From Octopus sinensis (taxonomy: Eukaryota), in NCBI RefSeq assembly GCF_006345805.1, contig NC_043009.1, forward strand, positions 54,622,001-54,686,000: DNA of 64,000 nt. Reading direction: 5' to 3'. Below, piece after piece: positions 13,485 to 25,917 of the stretch. Numbering within the stretch: the first letter of the stretch is position 1; each line of letters starts with the position of its first letter. Both the position numbers and the translations under genes were made by a program. The notes under the pieces were generated by a model. That model saw only the letters and a program-made list of their open reading frames with translations. It did no database searches and had not been told where the DNA came from.

Positions 13485-13710
13485 TTATTCAGTAGCAAAG
13501 ACGAAGATGAGAAATAATATGAAACTAAAGTACATTTGTCCTCCCTTAAAGATGACATTGGAGGAACCATTGTCTTCAGGTCGATATTGCTCTGTAATAT
13601 CTTTACACTTTTCCGGCATCATTGAATAGAAGTAGTCTTGTAAAATTTCAACGAACGTCTTTGGACATCCGATAACTTCAGGCAAATTGTCAATTACTTT
13701 CTTCCACATT
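13485..13710 (-). CDS. Exon 5 (terminal) of a secreted Cys-rich, putatively GPI-anchored protein
   Basis: Acceptor tgtatttacag|A. Completes CC|A (Pro) from exon 4, then encodes MWKKVIDNLPEVIGC...NGSSNVIFKGGQMYFSFILFLIFVFATE* with a hydrophobic C-terminus. Confidence 0.85.
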
Positions 13711-14004
13711 CTGTAAATACAAGACGTAAACAAATTTACTTTTGTAAAGTCATGTCATTATATATTTGCACGTGTTTAAAAGGAAAAAAAAATATCTTCT
13801 AACAAAAGACTAATGTTAAACAAATAGCAATGGAAGATAAAAATAAAAATCAATTTTTTTCGTGCTTACAAGAACTGAAGGTAAATTGTCTTTTAATACT
13901 TACAACTAAGGCAGATTAGTACGGTTGTAATTAACCAATATCTAGCATTCCCTGCGGTTCCATAGATGCTGTAAGCGTAGGTAGTTAATGTAACAAAGGT
14001 TAGG

Positions 14005-14501
14005 TACCATAAATCCTCGAGTATAATACGCAGGGGATTTTTAGGGGGCTGTACCTCTGAAAAACCTAAATCTTGTGATTAATACGCACCCCTTCTCTAA
14101 CTTGAGTCAAGGAGGTCTATATAACGTCCTTGGTTTGTAAAAATGTATACAGTAATGTCCTTTATTTTTATTGTATATATAATATAATGCAAACGTGTAG
14201 CTTTTTTGTGCATTTTGTTTGCAGAAAATAAAGAAATAACAGTAATGACGTTTAATAAATGTTGCTTATTGCAAATCATGGATGATTCTTTTATGACTTC
14301 ATTGCTTTCAGGCTTAGCTTAAGGTATTTTCGCGCCCGACATCACAAAATGCCTCTGAATAAACATTTCCGGACAGCAAATAGAGACTCGGACTTGCTTA
14401 GAAAATAATTTTCATTTTTAACCTCGTATATAGTACGCACTAGGGATTTTAACCTTTAAATTTTGGGGGGAGATGCGGATTATACTCGAGGTTTTACGGT
14501 A
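14005..14501. mobile_element. Tc1/mariner-superfamily (Tc2-like) MITE, copy 1
   Basis: TIRs tacc(a/g)taaatcctcgagtataa / ttatactcgaggttttacggta with TA ends. Highly similar to 17151-17667. Confidence 0.85.
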
Positions 14502-14592
14502 CTTACTTCAGGATATACCCCAGGGACCACAGAGGAGGCGATGACAGCGGCGGTGGTAGAGGTTGTGAACCCCGTCAAATATGACTGAACAA

Positions 14593-14813
14593 TACGAGGG
14601 AGAGCTAAAATTTTCCTGGCTTTAAGGGTACCACGAAAGGCCTGGTTGGCGGCCCAACCTTCCGAGTTCTTTTACAGGGCTTAGAAAAACTGAAGGACCA
14701 CTGCAATAAGTGTGTGAATCTGAAAGGGGAATATGTTGAGTAAAATCATAATTAACTGAACCTTCTGTATTTTCTTTTACCCAAAGCCAGGAACTTTTCA
14801 GCACTCCCTCGTA
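14593..14813. mobile_element. Mariner-type MITE
   Basis: TIRs tacgagggagagctaaaattttcctggctt / aagccaggaacttttcagcactccctcgta with TA TSD. Truncated second copy at 54608-54774. Confidence 0.85.
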
Positions 14814-15327
14814 CAGTGTTGTAATACGATGAAGATTTGACTGTTATTTCTAGCAAGGCGAACGACCACATAGAATCTAGCTTGTTTGCTCATATAGTTG
14901 CTGTTGTTTATCCCCAAATGGGGCCTTCAGCTCTGGTCCGAGAGACCCTTGATAGAAGGCATTTCAGCCGTGACCATCCAGTCTTTTGAAATTAAGGGAA
15001 TGTCGGGCTACGTTATTTAATGTCCTTTACCTTATCTATGACGGTTGGGTGTAACTCGGAAATCTGGCGAGTAACCTCCGCCCTGTCGAAATGGCTACGT
15101 AGAGGACTCCCCCATTGATTTATGTGGCAGTGCTGGTGGTGATGGTGATAGTGGCCATCGTCGTCGTCGTGGACGACGGAGACGGCTTCATCGTCACAGT
15201 GGTGGTGTTGGTGGTTGTGGTGGTATTGGTGATTGTGGTGGAAATTTGTGGAAGTGTTGGAAGTAGGATAATGATACTTTTCCTTCTTTTTTTTCACATT
15301 TTTTTAATTCTTTTGTTTTTTACGTAC

Positions 15328-15475
15328 GGGCAATATTTCTTGAAGTATTCGTCAAATGTGATGTCGGAGTAGGATAATTTCTGTCTTAAATCGCTGCGTT
15401 CTTCAATCACTGCTGCAAAAGACTTTTCCATGGCGCTGGAATATTTTTCTAGACAAGGAAGATCACGGGTGAATT
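15328..15475 (-). CDS. Exon 4 of the secreted Cys-rich protein
   Basis: Acceptor ttttctgtttcag, donor CC|gtacgt; 148 nt, stop-free: (E)FTRDLPCLEKYSSAMEKSFAAVIEERSDLRQKLSYSDITFDEYFKKYC(P). Phases match both neighbouring exons. Confidence 0.88.
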
Positions 15476-15868
15476 CTGAAACAGAAAAGGAAAGACCAGA
15501 TCGGTTTGTAGATAGATGTTGGTGAGGGGATACGATGCGATATTGAAAGGCTGTTCGAATCGATGTTTAATCTCTTCTGCTTTGTTTTCCTATAAAGTAA
15601 AAGCAGTCTACATCACTGCTGACGTGGAAATTTCTGACATGAGTGAACAATTTTCGTATTCCAATGCCAATAGCCCGGACTGCATCTAGCAGCCAATGGA
15701 GTAGCACAAATGTTGATGTGAGCAGTGGTACGGCAAGAACATTGCGAGTGAATGGTTTAATGCATGCAGAAAGTTCTGAAGACTATATTTACTTCTCATA
15801 TGATCGCATGAATGTAGATACGCAAGTATATACGTGCATATTGTATGCATGTAAGTCATGTAAGTATG

Positions 15869-17120
15869 TACAGTAATGCCTCTCTATACGAGTTAATTCG
15901 TTCCCGGAAACTGCTCGTAAAGTAAAAACTGGTAAATTTTCCCATAATAGCAATGTCATGTATAGTAATTCGTTCCCAGTAAAATATATATTGCTTATAA
16001 AGTTTATAATACTCGTAAATAAATGGCAATAAAAACAGCAGTAGAATGTAAAGAATATTTTATGTAAAGTAAAAAGAATATCGAGATCATTTATGATTAA
16101 AATATCATAATCGTTTTCTGAATCACTTTAACTCGCACTAGATTCGCGCACACCATCACTTGTAGACGCGATTGCCGATTCACAAGCACTCGTAGACGGA
16201 CTTACTCTTTACTCTTTTACTCTTTTACTTGTTTCAGTCATTTGACTGCGGCCATGCTGGAGCACCACCTTTAGTCGAGCAAATCGAACCCAGGACTTAT
16301 TCTTTGTAAGCCTAGTACTTATTCTATCGGTCTCTTTTGCCGAACCGCTAAGTTACGGGGACGTAAACATACCAGCATCGGTTGTCAAGCGATGTTGGTG
16401 GGGTACAAACACAGACACAAACATATACACACACGTACATATATTTATACATATATACGACGGGCTTCTTTCAGTTTCCGTCTACCAAATCCACTCACAA
16501 GGCTTTGGACGGCCCGAGGCTATAGTAGAAGACACTTGCCCAAGGTGCCACGAAGTGGAACTGAACCCGGAACCATGTTGTTCGTAAGCAAGCTACTTAC
16601 CACTCAGCCACTCCTTAAACAAACAAGTCTAGAGTTGCTTGCTGAGAAGAAACTATTTTTCGCTCTCTACAAATTTCTTGGTAATACGCAGAAACATTTG
16701 TTATGGCAATAGAAACTTTTGCATTTCGTTCAAAATTTCGTTTCCAAAGTGATGGCTTTTCGTTTCCTTTTGTTCCTGACGGTGTCCGTTGTACACTTTC
16801 GTTTAGACATATTGGATGGGTTTTAAAATGTCGAAAACACTAGTGTAAGTACACGTATTCAATATAAAATATGTGTCACGAAGAATGATCATATAATCAT
16901 CTCTCTCAACGAAGCGCACGCGCAAACTATGACATCGAAATTTTATGCCGTCATTTTTACTCCGTCGCTATATGCAGCTGTGTAGATCAGTGTTGCCACA
17001 TATTGCGACATTGCCGCACACACAAAATGGCTGTTCAACCTTTTTATACTTATTATAAAACAAAACTCGTAAACCCGGAGTCTCGTAAAGTGGGTCTTCG
17101 TAAAGTGAAGTATTACTGTA
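15869..17120. mobile_element. Pogo/Tigger-like non-autonomous element carrying a SINE insertion
   Basis: TIRs tacagtaatgcctctctatacg / cgtaaagtgaagtattactgta with TA ends. Confidence 0.7.
16201..16615 (-). mobile_element. SINE family A
   Basis: Near-complete match to the family; (ctttta)n tail. Confidence 0.9.
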
Positions 17121-17150
17121 CATACTTTCAAGATTATCATTTAAAACATG

Positions 17151-17667
17151 TACCGTAAGTCCTCGAGTATAGTCCACCCTTGAGTATAATACGCAGGGGA
17201 TTTTTAGGGGGCTGCACCTCTGAAAAAACCTAAACCTTGTGTATAACACGCACCCCTTCTCTAACTTGAGTCAAGGAGGTCTATATAACGTCCTTGGTTT
17301 GTAAAATTGTATACAGTAACATCCTTTATTATTGTTGAATATAGAACATAATGCAAACGTGTAGCTTTTTTGTGCATTCTGTTTGCAGAAAATAAAGAAA
17401 TAACAGTAATAACGTTTAATAAATGTTGCCTATAGCAAGTCATGGATGATTCTTTTATGACTTCATTGCTTTCAGGCTTAGCTTAAGGTATTTTCGCGCC
17501 CGACATCACAAAATTCGTCTGAATAAACATTGCCGGACAGCAAATAGAGACTCGGACATTGCTTAGAAAATATTTTCCATTTTTAACCTCGTATATAGTG
17601 CGCACTAGGGATTTTGACCTTTATATTTTGGGGAAAAAATGCGGATTATACTCGAGGATTTATGGTA
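17151..17667. mobile_element. Tc2-like MITE, copy 2
   Basis: Same TIRs and interior as 14005-14501, with an extra short sub-terminal repeat at the left end. Confidence 0.85.
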
Positions 17668-17876
17668 TTCACATTGCCAAGTATACCAATAACTATCACT
17701 ATAAACATGAATGTACAGTTAAGGTAGCTATTTCGAGGTGGATTTGAAAGAAATGATTACATCTGTAAGTTAGTGGACATCTATGACTATATTTGAATTT
17801 TCTTTTCCCTCCCAAACAACTATATCAAGATTCTTTTTGACAAATGTTGATATGTTCATGTGTATATTTATCCCGG

Positions 17877-18203
17877 GGTGAAGGCGCGTGGCTTAGTGGT
17901 TAGGGGGCATTCGACTCATGATCGTAAGGTCATGAGTTCGATTCCCGGCGGCACGTTGTGTCCTTGAGCAAGATACTTTATTTCACGTTGCTCCAGTCCA
18001 CTCAGCTGGCAAAAATGAGTAGTACCTGCATTTCAAAGGGCCAGCCTTGTCACACACTGTGTCACTCTGAATCTCCCCGAGATCTACGTTAAGGGTACAC
18101 GTGTTTGTGGAGTGCTCAGCCACTTACTCGTTAATTTCACGAGCAAACTGTTCCGTTGATCGTATCAGCTGGGACCCTCGTCGTCGCAACCGACAGAGTG
18201 CTC
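17877..18203 (+). mobile_element. SINE family C (short CORE-like head) with 15-bp TSD
   Basis: TSD gtatatttatcccgg at 17862-17876 and 18204-18218. Head tggcttagtggtta...gagttcgattccc and the motif tccttgagcaagatactt. Confidence 0.92.
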
Positions 18204-18728
18204 GTATATTTATCCCGGAGTAGTCTTTTCAACGGATGGCATTGGATATTGTTTTAGCAACAGCATCACGTTGCAAGTTGTGCCTTAATGATACTTTGGG
18301 GTAGCTACTGATCACATGTGGAAAACCTTATACAGAATAGGATTTAATGAGATTTAATCGGCACTTTTAGGGGCCTTATAGGAGTTTAAGGACTTCATTG
18401 TTTCTGCTGTCCTCAAATTTAAAAGAAACATCACCTTCATCTGATATGTAGAGTGTTTCTCTATCAAGTTTTTTTGCTGAGATTTGCTATTCCAGAAATG
18501 CTAAGATCGCATGGGTAGTTATCGCGAAGTGAGGACCCCTCTACACCTTATAGTACTTTGAGGGGGAGGAGGAGGAGGAGGAGGAAGAGGAGCAGGACGA
18601 CGACGACGACGACAATGATGATGATGATGAGAAAAAGGAGAAACAAGAACAAAGAGGAGAAGAACAACAACAACAACGTCAACAAAAACACAAATACAAA
18701 GAAGAGAAGTAAATATATGTGTATTTAC

Positions 18729-18862
18729 CGTCCTTCCGTTGGCACAATTTATCATAAGCCTGACGCATTGAATTAATGTCGATTCCTGTGAGAAGCATCT
18801 CTCGTGTATACGTTGAACACTCTGTTACTTTACTCATACACTGAAACAGTGTTTCTTTCTCC
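18729..18862 (-). CDS. Exon 3 of the secreted Cys-rich protein
   Basis: Acceptor ttttcgtttgtag, donor G|gtaaat; 134 nt: (R)EKETLFQCMSKVTECSTYTREMLLTGIDINSMRQAYDKLCQRKD(E). Confidence 0.88.
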
Positions 18863-20873
18863 CTACAAACGAAAATATATCCTCGTTTAGATCTGATATG
18901 GCAGATTCATTTCAAGCCATAATTACATTCGATCTTCGAGAAATAATTGTTAAATCTCCTCACCCTGAAAATCACTTGCGACAGATTTAAAAACAGAAAG
19001 AAAAACACATTGCTTCTCTGTATTTCTCAAGCAATGTTAGAGGACGTAAATAAGTCATGGGTGTTTCTTCTTCCGCTTTTGACTAAACTACAAAAATCGT
19101 AGTTATTTCTCTTCCACCCTTTTTTTTTTTTAAATCTTTTAGTTAGGAAGAAATTTAGTATTCATTGTCCCTCACGAGGCCTCATAGTAAGAAGGAGGGA
19201 GGAGTATATTCTCAAACCAGAAACCCGGCTCCATTCCTTGCAACCAAGTGGATTCTGCTAAAGGTACCCAAGATCTTGAGTGGTGGTGTTAAACAAGACA
19301 AAGATTTTAGTCTACCACCCATGTACGCCACGGCAGGATTTGAAATCAGAACGTAAAAAGCTGGAACAAATACTACAAGGAATCTGGTCCACCAATCTAG
19401 CCTGCATTAGTGTTTTTTTTATCAATCCTGAAAAGATAAGAGGCAAAGCTGACCTCGGTGGAATTTGAACTCAGAATGCATAAGGTCGGAACAAATCCCA
19501 CAAGAAGTCCAGTTTCGTGAAAGACAATGTATATGTACAGTCCGTCTAGTGGGTTTCTATGTCGTTTCTGTCTGCTTTCATGCAGAAGACTTTCGTCGGC
19601 CCGAGGTTATATAATTCCACTACGGCAATCCACCCCGAATTAGTTCTCTTTTATTGACTCTGAAAGATGAATAGCAAAGTTAACCTCGGCTGGATTTTAA
19701 CTAAGAGTTCCATAAAGTATTATACACAACACTCAAACGAGTTGGTCAATTCTAACTAAACTTCTAACCAAATCACAAAGAATTACTAGTGACCTTCCTC
19801 CTACATTAGCAAATGCGGTGAGATTAATTCGGTTGATACATACACTCTAGAGAAGCTCGGTGTAATGATTCCTTATTATTTCGTTATTTCTTACTTTTTT
19901 TCTTTTTAGGTTTCAAGATACTATACAAGAAAGTTTTATGTTTGGAGTCAAAAATCCACTAGTAGCAATCTTGGGTTAGAAATGAAATTCAAGAGTCATT
20001 ATAGTAAAACATGTCGAGTGACAAACGTTCACATTTCAATTACAAGATGCTGGGTTCGATCTCACTGCGTAAAACTTCAGGCAACCACCATTGAAACCTC
20101 GAACCGATTATATCAGACAGAAAGGGCATAGAAACCTGATGGATGAACTGTACGTAGACATTTCTTTTTTTTTATAGTAAATTTAATTCTTCTCCTAGAT
20201 TAACATCACTTGCTCTTGTGAAACTTTAATGGAGTTTATTTTGCAAGTAATCTGGCCGGACTCCCGGTCTGTCGATAGCTCGATACCACCAGCCTCATCT
20301 CGTTCTGCTTCATTCAGACGTGCTTCTAAGTTCAGGGAGATTACTTCTCTGTTCTATGACTAATCTATAACAATATATCATAAGTTTTATAAGCAGGTTC
20401 TTTCCCATATTTCAGCCATGTTTTATTTAATTCTTCCACCCTCCTCAATGATCCTCTTCGGTATCACTTCTCACACTCGACCTCATCAGTAATTTCTTTC
20501 AGTTTCGCTTATCTTTCCCAACCACCTCCTACAACCTCTACCTCCTCATTGATTGCTGCCATCCTTTCTACAGAATAAGATCTACTGGAGACTTATTCTC
20601 CAACCTTATACACCACGAGTTTCTTGCCAATAACAACTTTGAAAACTATGCCCTTAGCATCATCAAAGCCTTAGTCCTAATCTCGCATAAGAACCCAACA
20701 GGTAATCTAGCCAAAAATCAGTTTCATCTGTCGCTTATCTTTCAGGTTGTATATTTTTGTCTCGAGTCTTCATTATTTCCTTGTATTCTCTCTCGTGTTC
20801 TGTCAGCTCTAATATACTTCAAGGGTCTGTTACGTTTCCCTTTTGTTGTGTTGCTTCAAACCACATACTCCTA

Positions 20874-21044
20874 GGCGCAGGAGTGGCTGTGTGGTAAGTA
20901 GCTTGCTAACCAACCACATGGTTGCGGGTTCAGTCCCACTGCGTGGCATCTTGGGCAAGTGTCTTCTGCTATAGCCCCGGGCCGACCAATGCCTTGCGAG
21001 TGGATTTGGTAGACGGAAACTGAAAGAAGCCTGTCGTATATATG

Positions 21045-21079
<35 letters not shown>

Positions 21080-21289
21080 TTGTGTGTCTGTGTTTGTCCC
21101 CCTAGCATTGCTTGACAACCGATGCTGGTATGCTTACGTCCCCGTCACTTAGCGGTTCGGCAAAAGAGACCGATAGAATAAGTACTGGGCTTACAAAGAA
21201 TAAGTCCCGGGGTCGATTTGATCGACTAAAGGAGGTGCTCCAGCATGGCCGCAGTCAAATGACTGAAACAAGTAAAAGAGTAAAGAGAG
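20874..21289 (+). mobile_element. SINE family A with TSD
   Basis: TSD tactccta at 20866-20873 and 21290-21297. Confidence 0.92.
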
Positions 21290-21633
21290 TACTCCTACTT
21301 AGATGATACCATACTTCATTTCTCCTTACCCTTTCGCAAACATACGCCATCCATGTGCAACTGACGCCGAATTTAAACGGTATCTGTACACAGACAACTT
21401 GAAAACGTTTTCTAGTTCGAAAATTATATATTCCCTTCCAAATGCACAAACGTGCAACCGCTGTACATATCAAGGAATCAGTATTGTGACTACACATCCT
21501 CTATAACCCACAACTAAAATCTTCCGACCTAGTAGAAATGCTATACCTCATAATTTCTTATGATCTTTTCATAGCATTCTCTCTAAGCTGCAACTCGAAG
21601 GCTAGTTTACAACATTGGGGTCAGAAAATTCCA

Positions 21634-21862
21634 TTGGCGAGCTGGCAGAAGCTTTAGCACGCCGGGCGAAATGCGTAGCCGTATTTCGTCTGCCGCTAAG
21701 TTGTGAGTTCAAATTCCGCCGAGGTCAACTTTGCCTTTCATCCTTTCGGGGTCGATAAATTAAGTACCAGTTACTCACTGGGGTAGATGTAATCGACTTT
21801 ATCCCTTTGTCTGTCCTTGTTTGTCCCCTCTATGTTTAGCCCCTTGTGGGCAATAAAGAAAT
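21634..21862 (+). mobile_element. SINE family B
   Basis: Head, core and caataaagaaata tail. Confidence 0.9.
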
Positions 21863-22289
21863 ATCTTTTGAACAATTTCTGACCCTTTTACGAAGTTCAA
21901 GCAAGACCCACTTTTCGTACATTTCTGGGAGGTACTTCTGCTGTTACTAATACAACTACACATGCAAACATTCTAGACTGCTTACAACAATGGAATTTCT
22001 AGTCGTTTGGAAATTATCACCAACTACAACCAAAACGCTATTTGTCTCTCTGTCTCTTCTACTGCTATCAGAATGTTCTCTGCTGCTCCACTAAGCAACA
22101 AATGTGTACGTCGATTCTACCCAACCATTATCAACGCATTTAATTTACTTCCTCACTAATGAACATTCTTTAACCTCATAATCTCTGATGATCATTTCAT
22201 AGCAGCCACTCATATATAACATCGATTAAATTGCAACCCAAAGTCTACAGTGTTTTCTCTCAAGAACTATGGCTAGCTTTTCTCTAGTG

Positions 22290-23044
22290 CAGAGGTTCTC
22301 AACTATTTTTTTTATCGATGGACCCCTTTGATTACTATTTGATTCTGGTGGACCCCTATAGCCATCCAATGTCTAAAAACTAGTTATAAAAAAACTTCAT
22401 TCAAAATTCTTATTTTGTTTTTCACACATTGTCTTGTATACGATGAATTATGTAAAATGTAAAGGCGGCGAGCTGGCAGAAACGTTAGCATGCCGGGTGA
22501 AATGCTTAGCGGTATTTCGCCTGCCGCTACGTTCTGAGTTCAAATTCCGCCGAGGTCGACTTTGCCTTTCATCCTTTCGGGGTCGATTAAATAAGTACCA
22601 GTTACGCACTGGAGTCGATATAATCGACTTAATCCGTTTGTCTGTCCTTGTTTGTCCTCTCTGTGTTTAGCCCCTTGTGGGTAGAAAAGAAATAGGTATT
22701 TCGTCTGTCTTTACGTTCTGAGATCAAATTCCGCCGAGGTCGACTTTGCTTTTCATCCTTTCGGGGGTCGATAAATTAAGTACCAATTGCGCACTGGGGT
22801 CGATCTAATTGACTGGTCCCCCTTCCCAAAAATGTCGGGCCTTATGCCTAGAGGAGAAAAGTAGAAAAGAGTTATGTAAAATGTCAGAGACAGAAACCAA
22901 GCTGTTTCTTGCAATACATACCAATGCATACATCTAAAGCAAAACTTTTTCAGGAGCCTTAAAATATTATTGTGAATTCCCAATCTTCTACTTTGTTTCG
23001 TGAACCCCGAAAAATCTTATATGGACCCTGGTCGAGAATAACTG
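22290..23044. mobile_element. hAT MITE with 8-bp TSD, interrupted by a SINE
   Basis: TIRs cagaggttctcaac / gtcgagaataactg. TSD ctctagtg / ctcttgtg (7 of 8). Uninterrupted relative at 27969-28281. Confidence 0.85.
22461..22871 (+). mobile_element. Dimeric SINE family B with 13-bp TSD
   Basis: TSD ttatgtaaaatgt at 22448-22460 and 22872-22884. Confidence 0.92.
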
Positions 23045-23165
23045 CTCTTGTGAAAATTACCACATCAGCTTTAACAGTCAAGAAAGGCCTTGCAAATGTT
23101 ACGGGCGCTATCTTGTTTTTTCAGACTTTTTTTTTTTTTTTGCTTTAGGTCTATTCGAAATCTTA

Positions 23166-23481
23166 GGCGCAAGTGTGGCTGTGCGGTAAGAAGCTTGCTT
23201 CTCAATCACATGGTTTCGGGTTCAGTTCCACTGTATGGCACTTTAGACAAGTGCCTTCGGCTTTAGCCGTGTGTGTGTGTGTGTGTGGTGTGTGTGTGTG
23301 CGTCTATGCGTGTGTTTTTGTGTGTGTTTATCCCCTCATCACTGCTTGACAACTGGTGTTGTGTTTACGTCCCCGTAACTTAGCAGTTCGGCAAGAGAGG
23401 CCGATAGAATAAATACTTGGCTTTAAAATATAATTCCTGATGTCGATTTATTCCGCAGTTAAATGACTGAAATAGGTAAAA
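23166..23481 (+). mobile_element. SINE family A, diverged
   Basis: Head and 3' motifs recognisable; internal deletion. Confidence 0.75.
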
Positions 23482-23484
23482 TAT

Positions 23485-23996
23485 TCTTTTCTACTGTAGG
23501 TACAAAGCTTAAAATTTGGAGGGAGGGGCCAGTCGATTAGATCGACCCCAATACGCAACTACTACTTAATTTATCGACCCCCGAAAGGATGAAAGGCAAA
23601 GTCGACCCCGGCGGAATTTGAACTCAGATCTTAGACAGACGAAATACCTATTTCTTTACTACCCAGAAGGGGCTAAACACAGAGAGGACAAACAAGGACA
23701 GACAAACGGATTAAGTCGATTATGTCGACCCAGTGCGTAACTGGTACTTAATTTATCGATCCCGTAATACCTATTTCTTTACTACCCAGAAGAGGACAAA
23801 CAAGGACAGACACACGGATTAAGTCGATTATGTCGACCCAGTGCGTAACTGGTACTTAATTTATCGACCCCGAAAGGATGAAAGGCAAAGTCGATCTCGG
23901 CGGAATTTGAACTCAGAACGTAGCGGCAGACGAAATACCCCTGAAAGCATTCCGCCCGGCGTGCTAACGTTTCTGCCAGCTCGTCGCCAATTGGAA
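23485..23996 (-). mobile_element. Multimeric SINE family B
   Basis: Repeated body/tail units followed by the head ggcgacgagctggcagaaacg (read on the minus strand). Confidence 0.9.
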
Positions 23997-24075
23997 GATA
24001 AAATATTAAAAGATTTAAAAGGTTTACATAGGAAAAGTTTTGGATGTAGCGCTCACGAGTTTATATTTCGATTAC

Positions 24076-24220
24076 CTGCACATAGCTTCGATGTGTTCTG
24101 TAGTCAAGTTGGATGTCAGGATATTTTGAGTAATATTAGTTTGAGTAAGACAAGTGAAATATTTCCTCATGGCTTCTTCAACACACCCAAAGCTTAAAGG
24201 TATCCACAGCAAAATACTCA
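24076..24220 (-). CDS. Exon 2 of the secreted Cys-rich protein
   Basis: Acceptor gtttccatttcag, donor AG|gtaatc; 145 nt: (V)SILLWIPLSFGCVEEAMRKYFTCLTQTNITQNILTSNLTTEHIEAMC(R). Confidence 0.88.
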
Positions 24221-24489
24221 CTGAAATGGAAACGATAAGATGGTTAATCGACATTTTTTTGTTTTGTTTTTTTGTATTTTTAATGAATGTGTGACTGTTC
24301 AAATGTTACAAAACTGTACTGAATCCTCTTCTCCCTGACAAGTTTTTGGGGTTTTTTTTATTATTGCTGTTGTGTTGCCGTTGCAGTTTTTGTGGCTATT
24401 GTTAAGCCTCAGTATAGGCACCTTATCGAGTAGATCTATGTTTGAAATCAGTCAAATTTTGACTATCCTGTCCTTCTATGTATGCACCG

Positions 24490-24700
24490 GAAAGCGGCGA
24501 ACTTGTAGAACCGTTAGTGCGTTAGACAAAATGCTTAGCAGTATTTCTTCTTGTTCTTTACGTTCTGAGTTCAAATTCTACCAAAGTCTATTTTGCCTTT
24601 CGTCCTTTCCGGGGTCAGTAAAATAAAGTACCTGTTGAGTACTGGGGTCAGTGCAATCGAATCCCTCTCCTCTCAGACTGCTGGCCTTGAGCCAAAGTTA
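24490..24700 (+). mobile_element. SINE family B, diverged
   Basis: Contains gttctgagttcaaattc...ttgcctttcgtcctttccggggtcagtaaaataaagtacc. Confidence 0.7.
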
Positions 24701-25917
24701 AAAAGAATTATTTTTTGTGTACGTGTTGTTTTAGTAGTTGTTTAATCTTTTAACCTCAAAATAAGCGCCTAATTGAATAGATCTACTTTTAAAAACAATC
24801 AAGCCTTGGCCGTCCTATCTTACTATGAATCTCTAGACTACAATATCCAATTTATTCATATTTTAAAGACGGTAATTTAGGATTTGAAGGAATTTTCACT
24901 GGGCTGAACGATCTGCGAAGGGCCCAGTCTGTCAGTTTGTTAAAGAGTAAACACTCACCAGGGAAGCTACTTTGCTTTGTTTGTATAGATTTTTTTTCCT
25001 TGAGGTTGATCAGATGGTTTGATTTTAAATTGTTGTTGTTGCTGTTGCTGTTGTTGCTGTTGTTGTTGTCGCTGTTGTTGTTTTAGTTGCTTCTTTTTCT
25101 GACTTAGCTACTGAATGATAGAAGCTATAACCTTCATGTTTTCCGAGACGAGTAGAAAGCAGTGACATTGTTCCATTGTTCTAAACTCGGAAACTTATCA
25201 GAATACTAACAAAAGAATGGACTCTGCTAAGGGTGCCCAATGACCATGTGGTGTCGTTAAACCGAGCGACGAGATATGTCTACCATCCCGGAACATAAAT
25301 GCTCCTTCCGATAGCTTTCGCGGTTTTCTGTATGTCATGTTTCATTTGTGAAAGCGTTCGGCCTAGTAAAGCTGTTGCACTCAAGATCGCAAGACCGTGG
25401 TCTCGATTCCAGGACCGGGCGTTGCATTGTGTTCTAGTGCAACACACTTCATTTTCACGCTGGTCCGGTCCACTCAGCGATGAGTAACTCGTAACGGACT
25501 GGAATCCCGTTCTACGGAACTGCTGTTGTCTCGGTCACTTAGATGCTATGGAAATCGAAAAACCGGCTCTAAGAATCCTAGGACACAAGAGAGTACTTAC
25601 GTTTTGTTTACGAAGCTTCGGATACCGCGCATTCAGACTGAAACATATGCTACGCAATAGAGAAATAAGCTTTTTGAACTTCAAAGCCATGTCTTGCCCA
25701 TAAACAGGGTGGAAGTATTGGACAGTTGAGATGTAGAACAAATATTTACAATGAAAAGATTTTTGGTGTTTCGTGTATGCTTATTTTTAAGTCTGATGAA
25801 CATTCTAGAAAGACGTCACTAAAATGACCTTATCCAGAAGAGAAAACTACGGTGACTATGAAATCCGGATGTAGATCCTACATTTTATGTTCAAATGACA
25901 ATTGAAGGGACTAGTAA

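Larger units (their letters stand above)
20440..22200 (+). pseudogene. Old decayed LINE (CR1/L2/Jockey-like) RT remnant split by SINEs
   Basis: YLYTDNLKTFS near 21375 resembles LYADDLKIF. KCVRRFYPTIINAFNLLP near 22110 resembles the SF.PR....WN.LP C-terminus. Confidence 0.45.

Noticed and set aside
18519-18776. R/T/M/N-rich ORFs on both strands
   Set aside because: Trinucleotide microsatellite in an intron; the real exon (18729-18862) is on the minus strand in a different frame.
25535-25741. Strong minus-strand donor (gtaagt, 25595-25600) in intron 1 of the Cys-rich gene
   Set aside because: The only frame compatible with exon 2 (phase 1) has TAA just upstream; there is no support for a coding exon.
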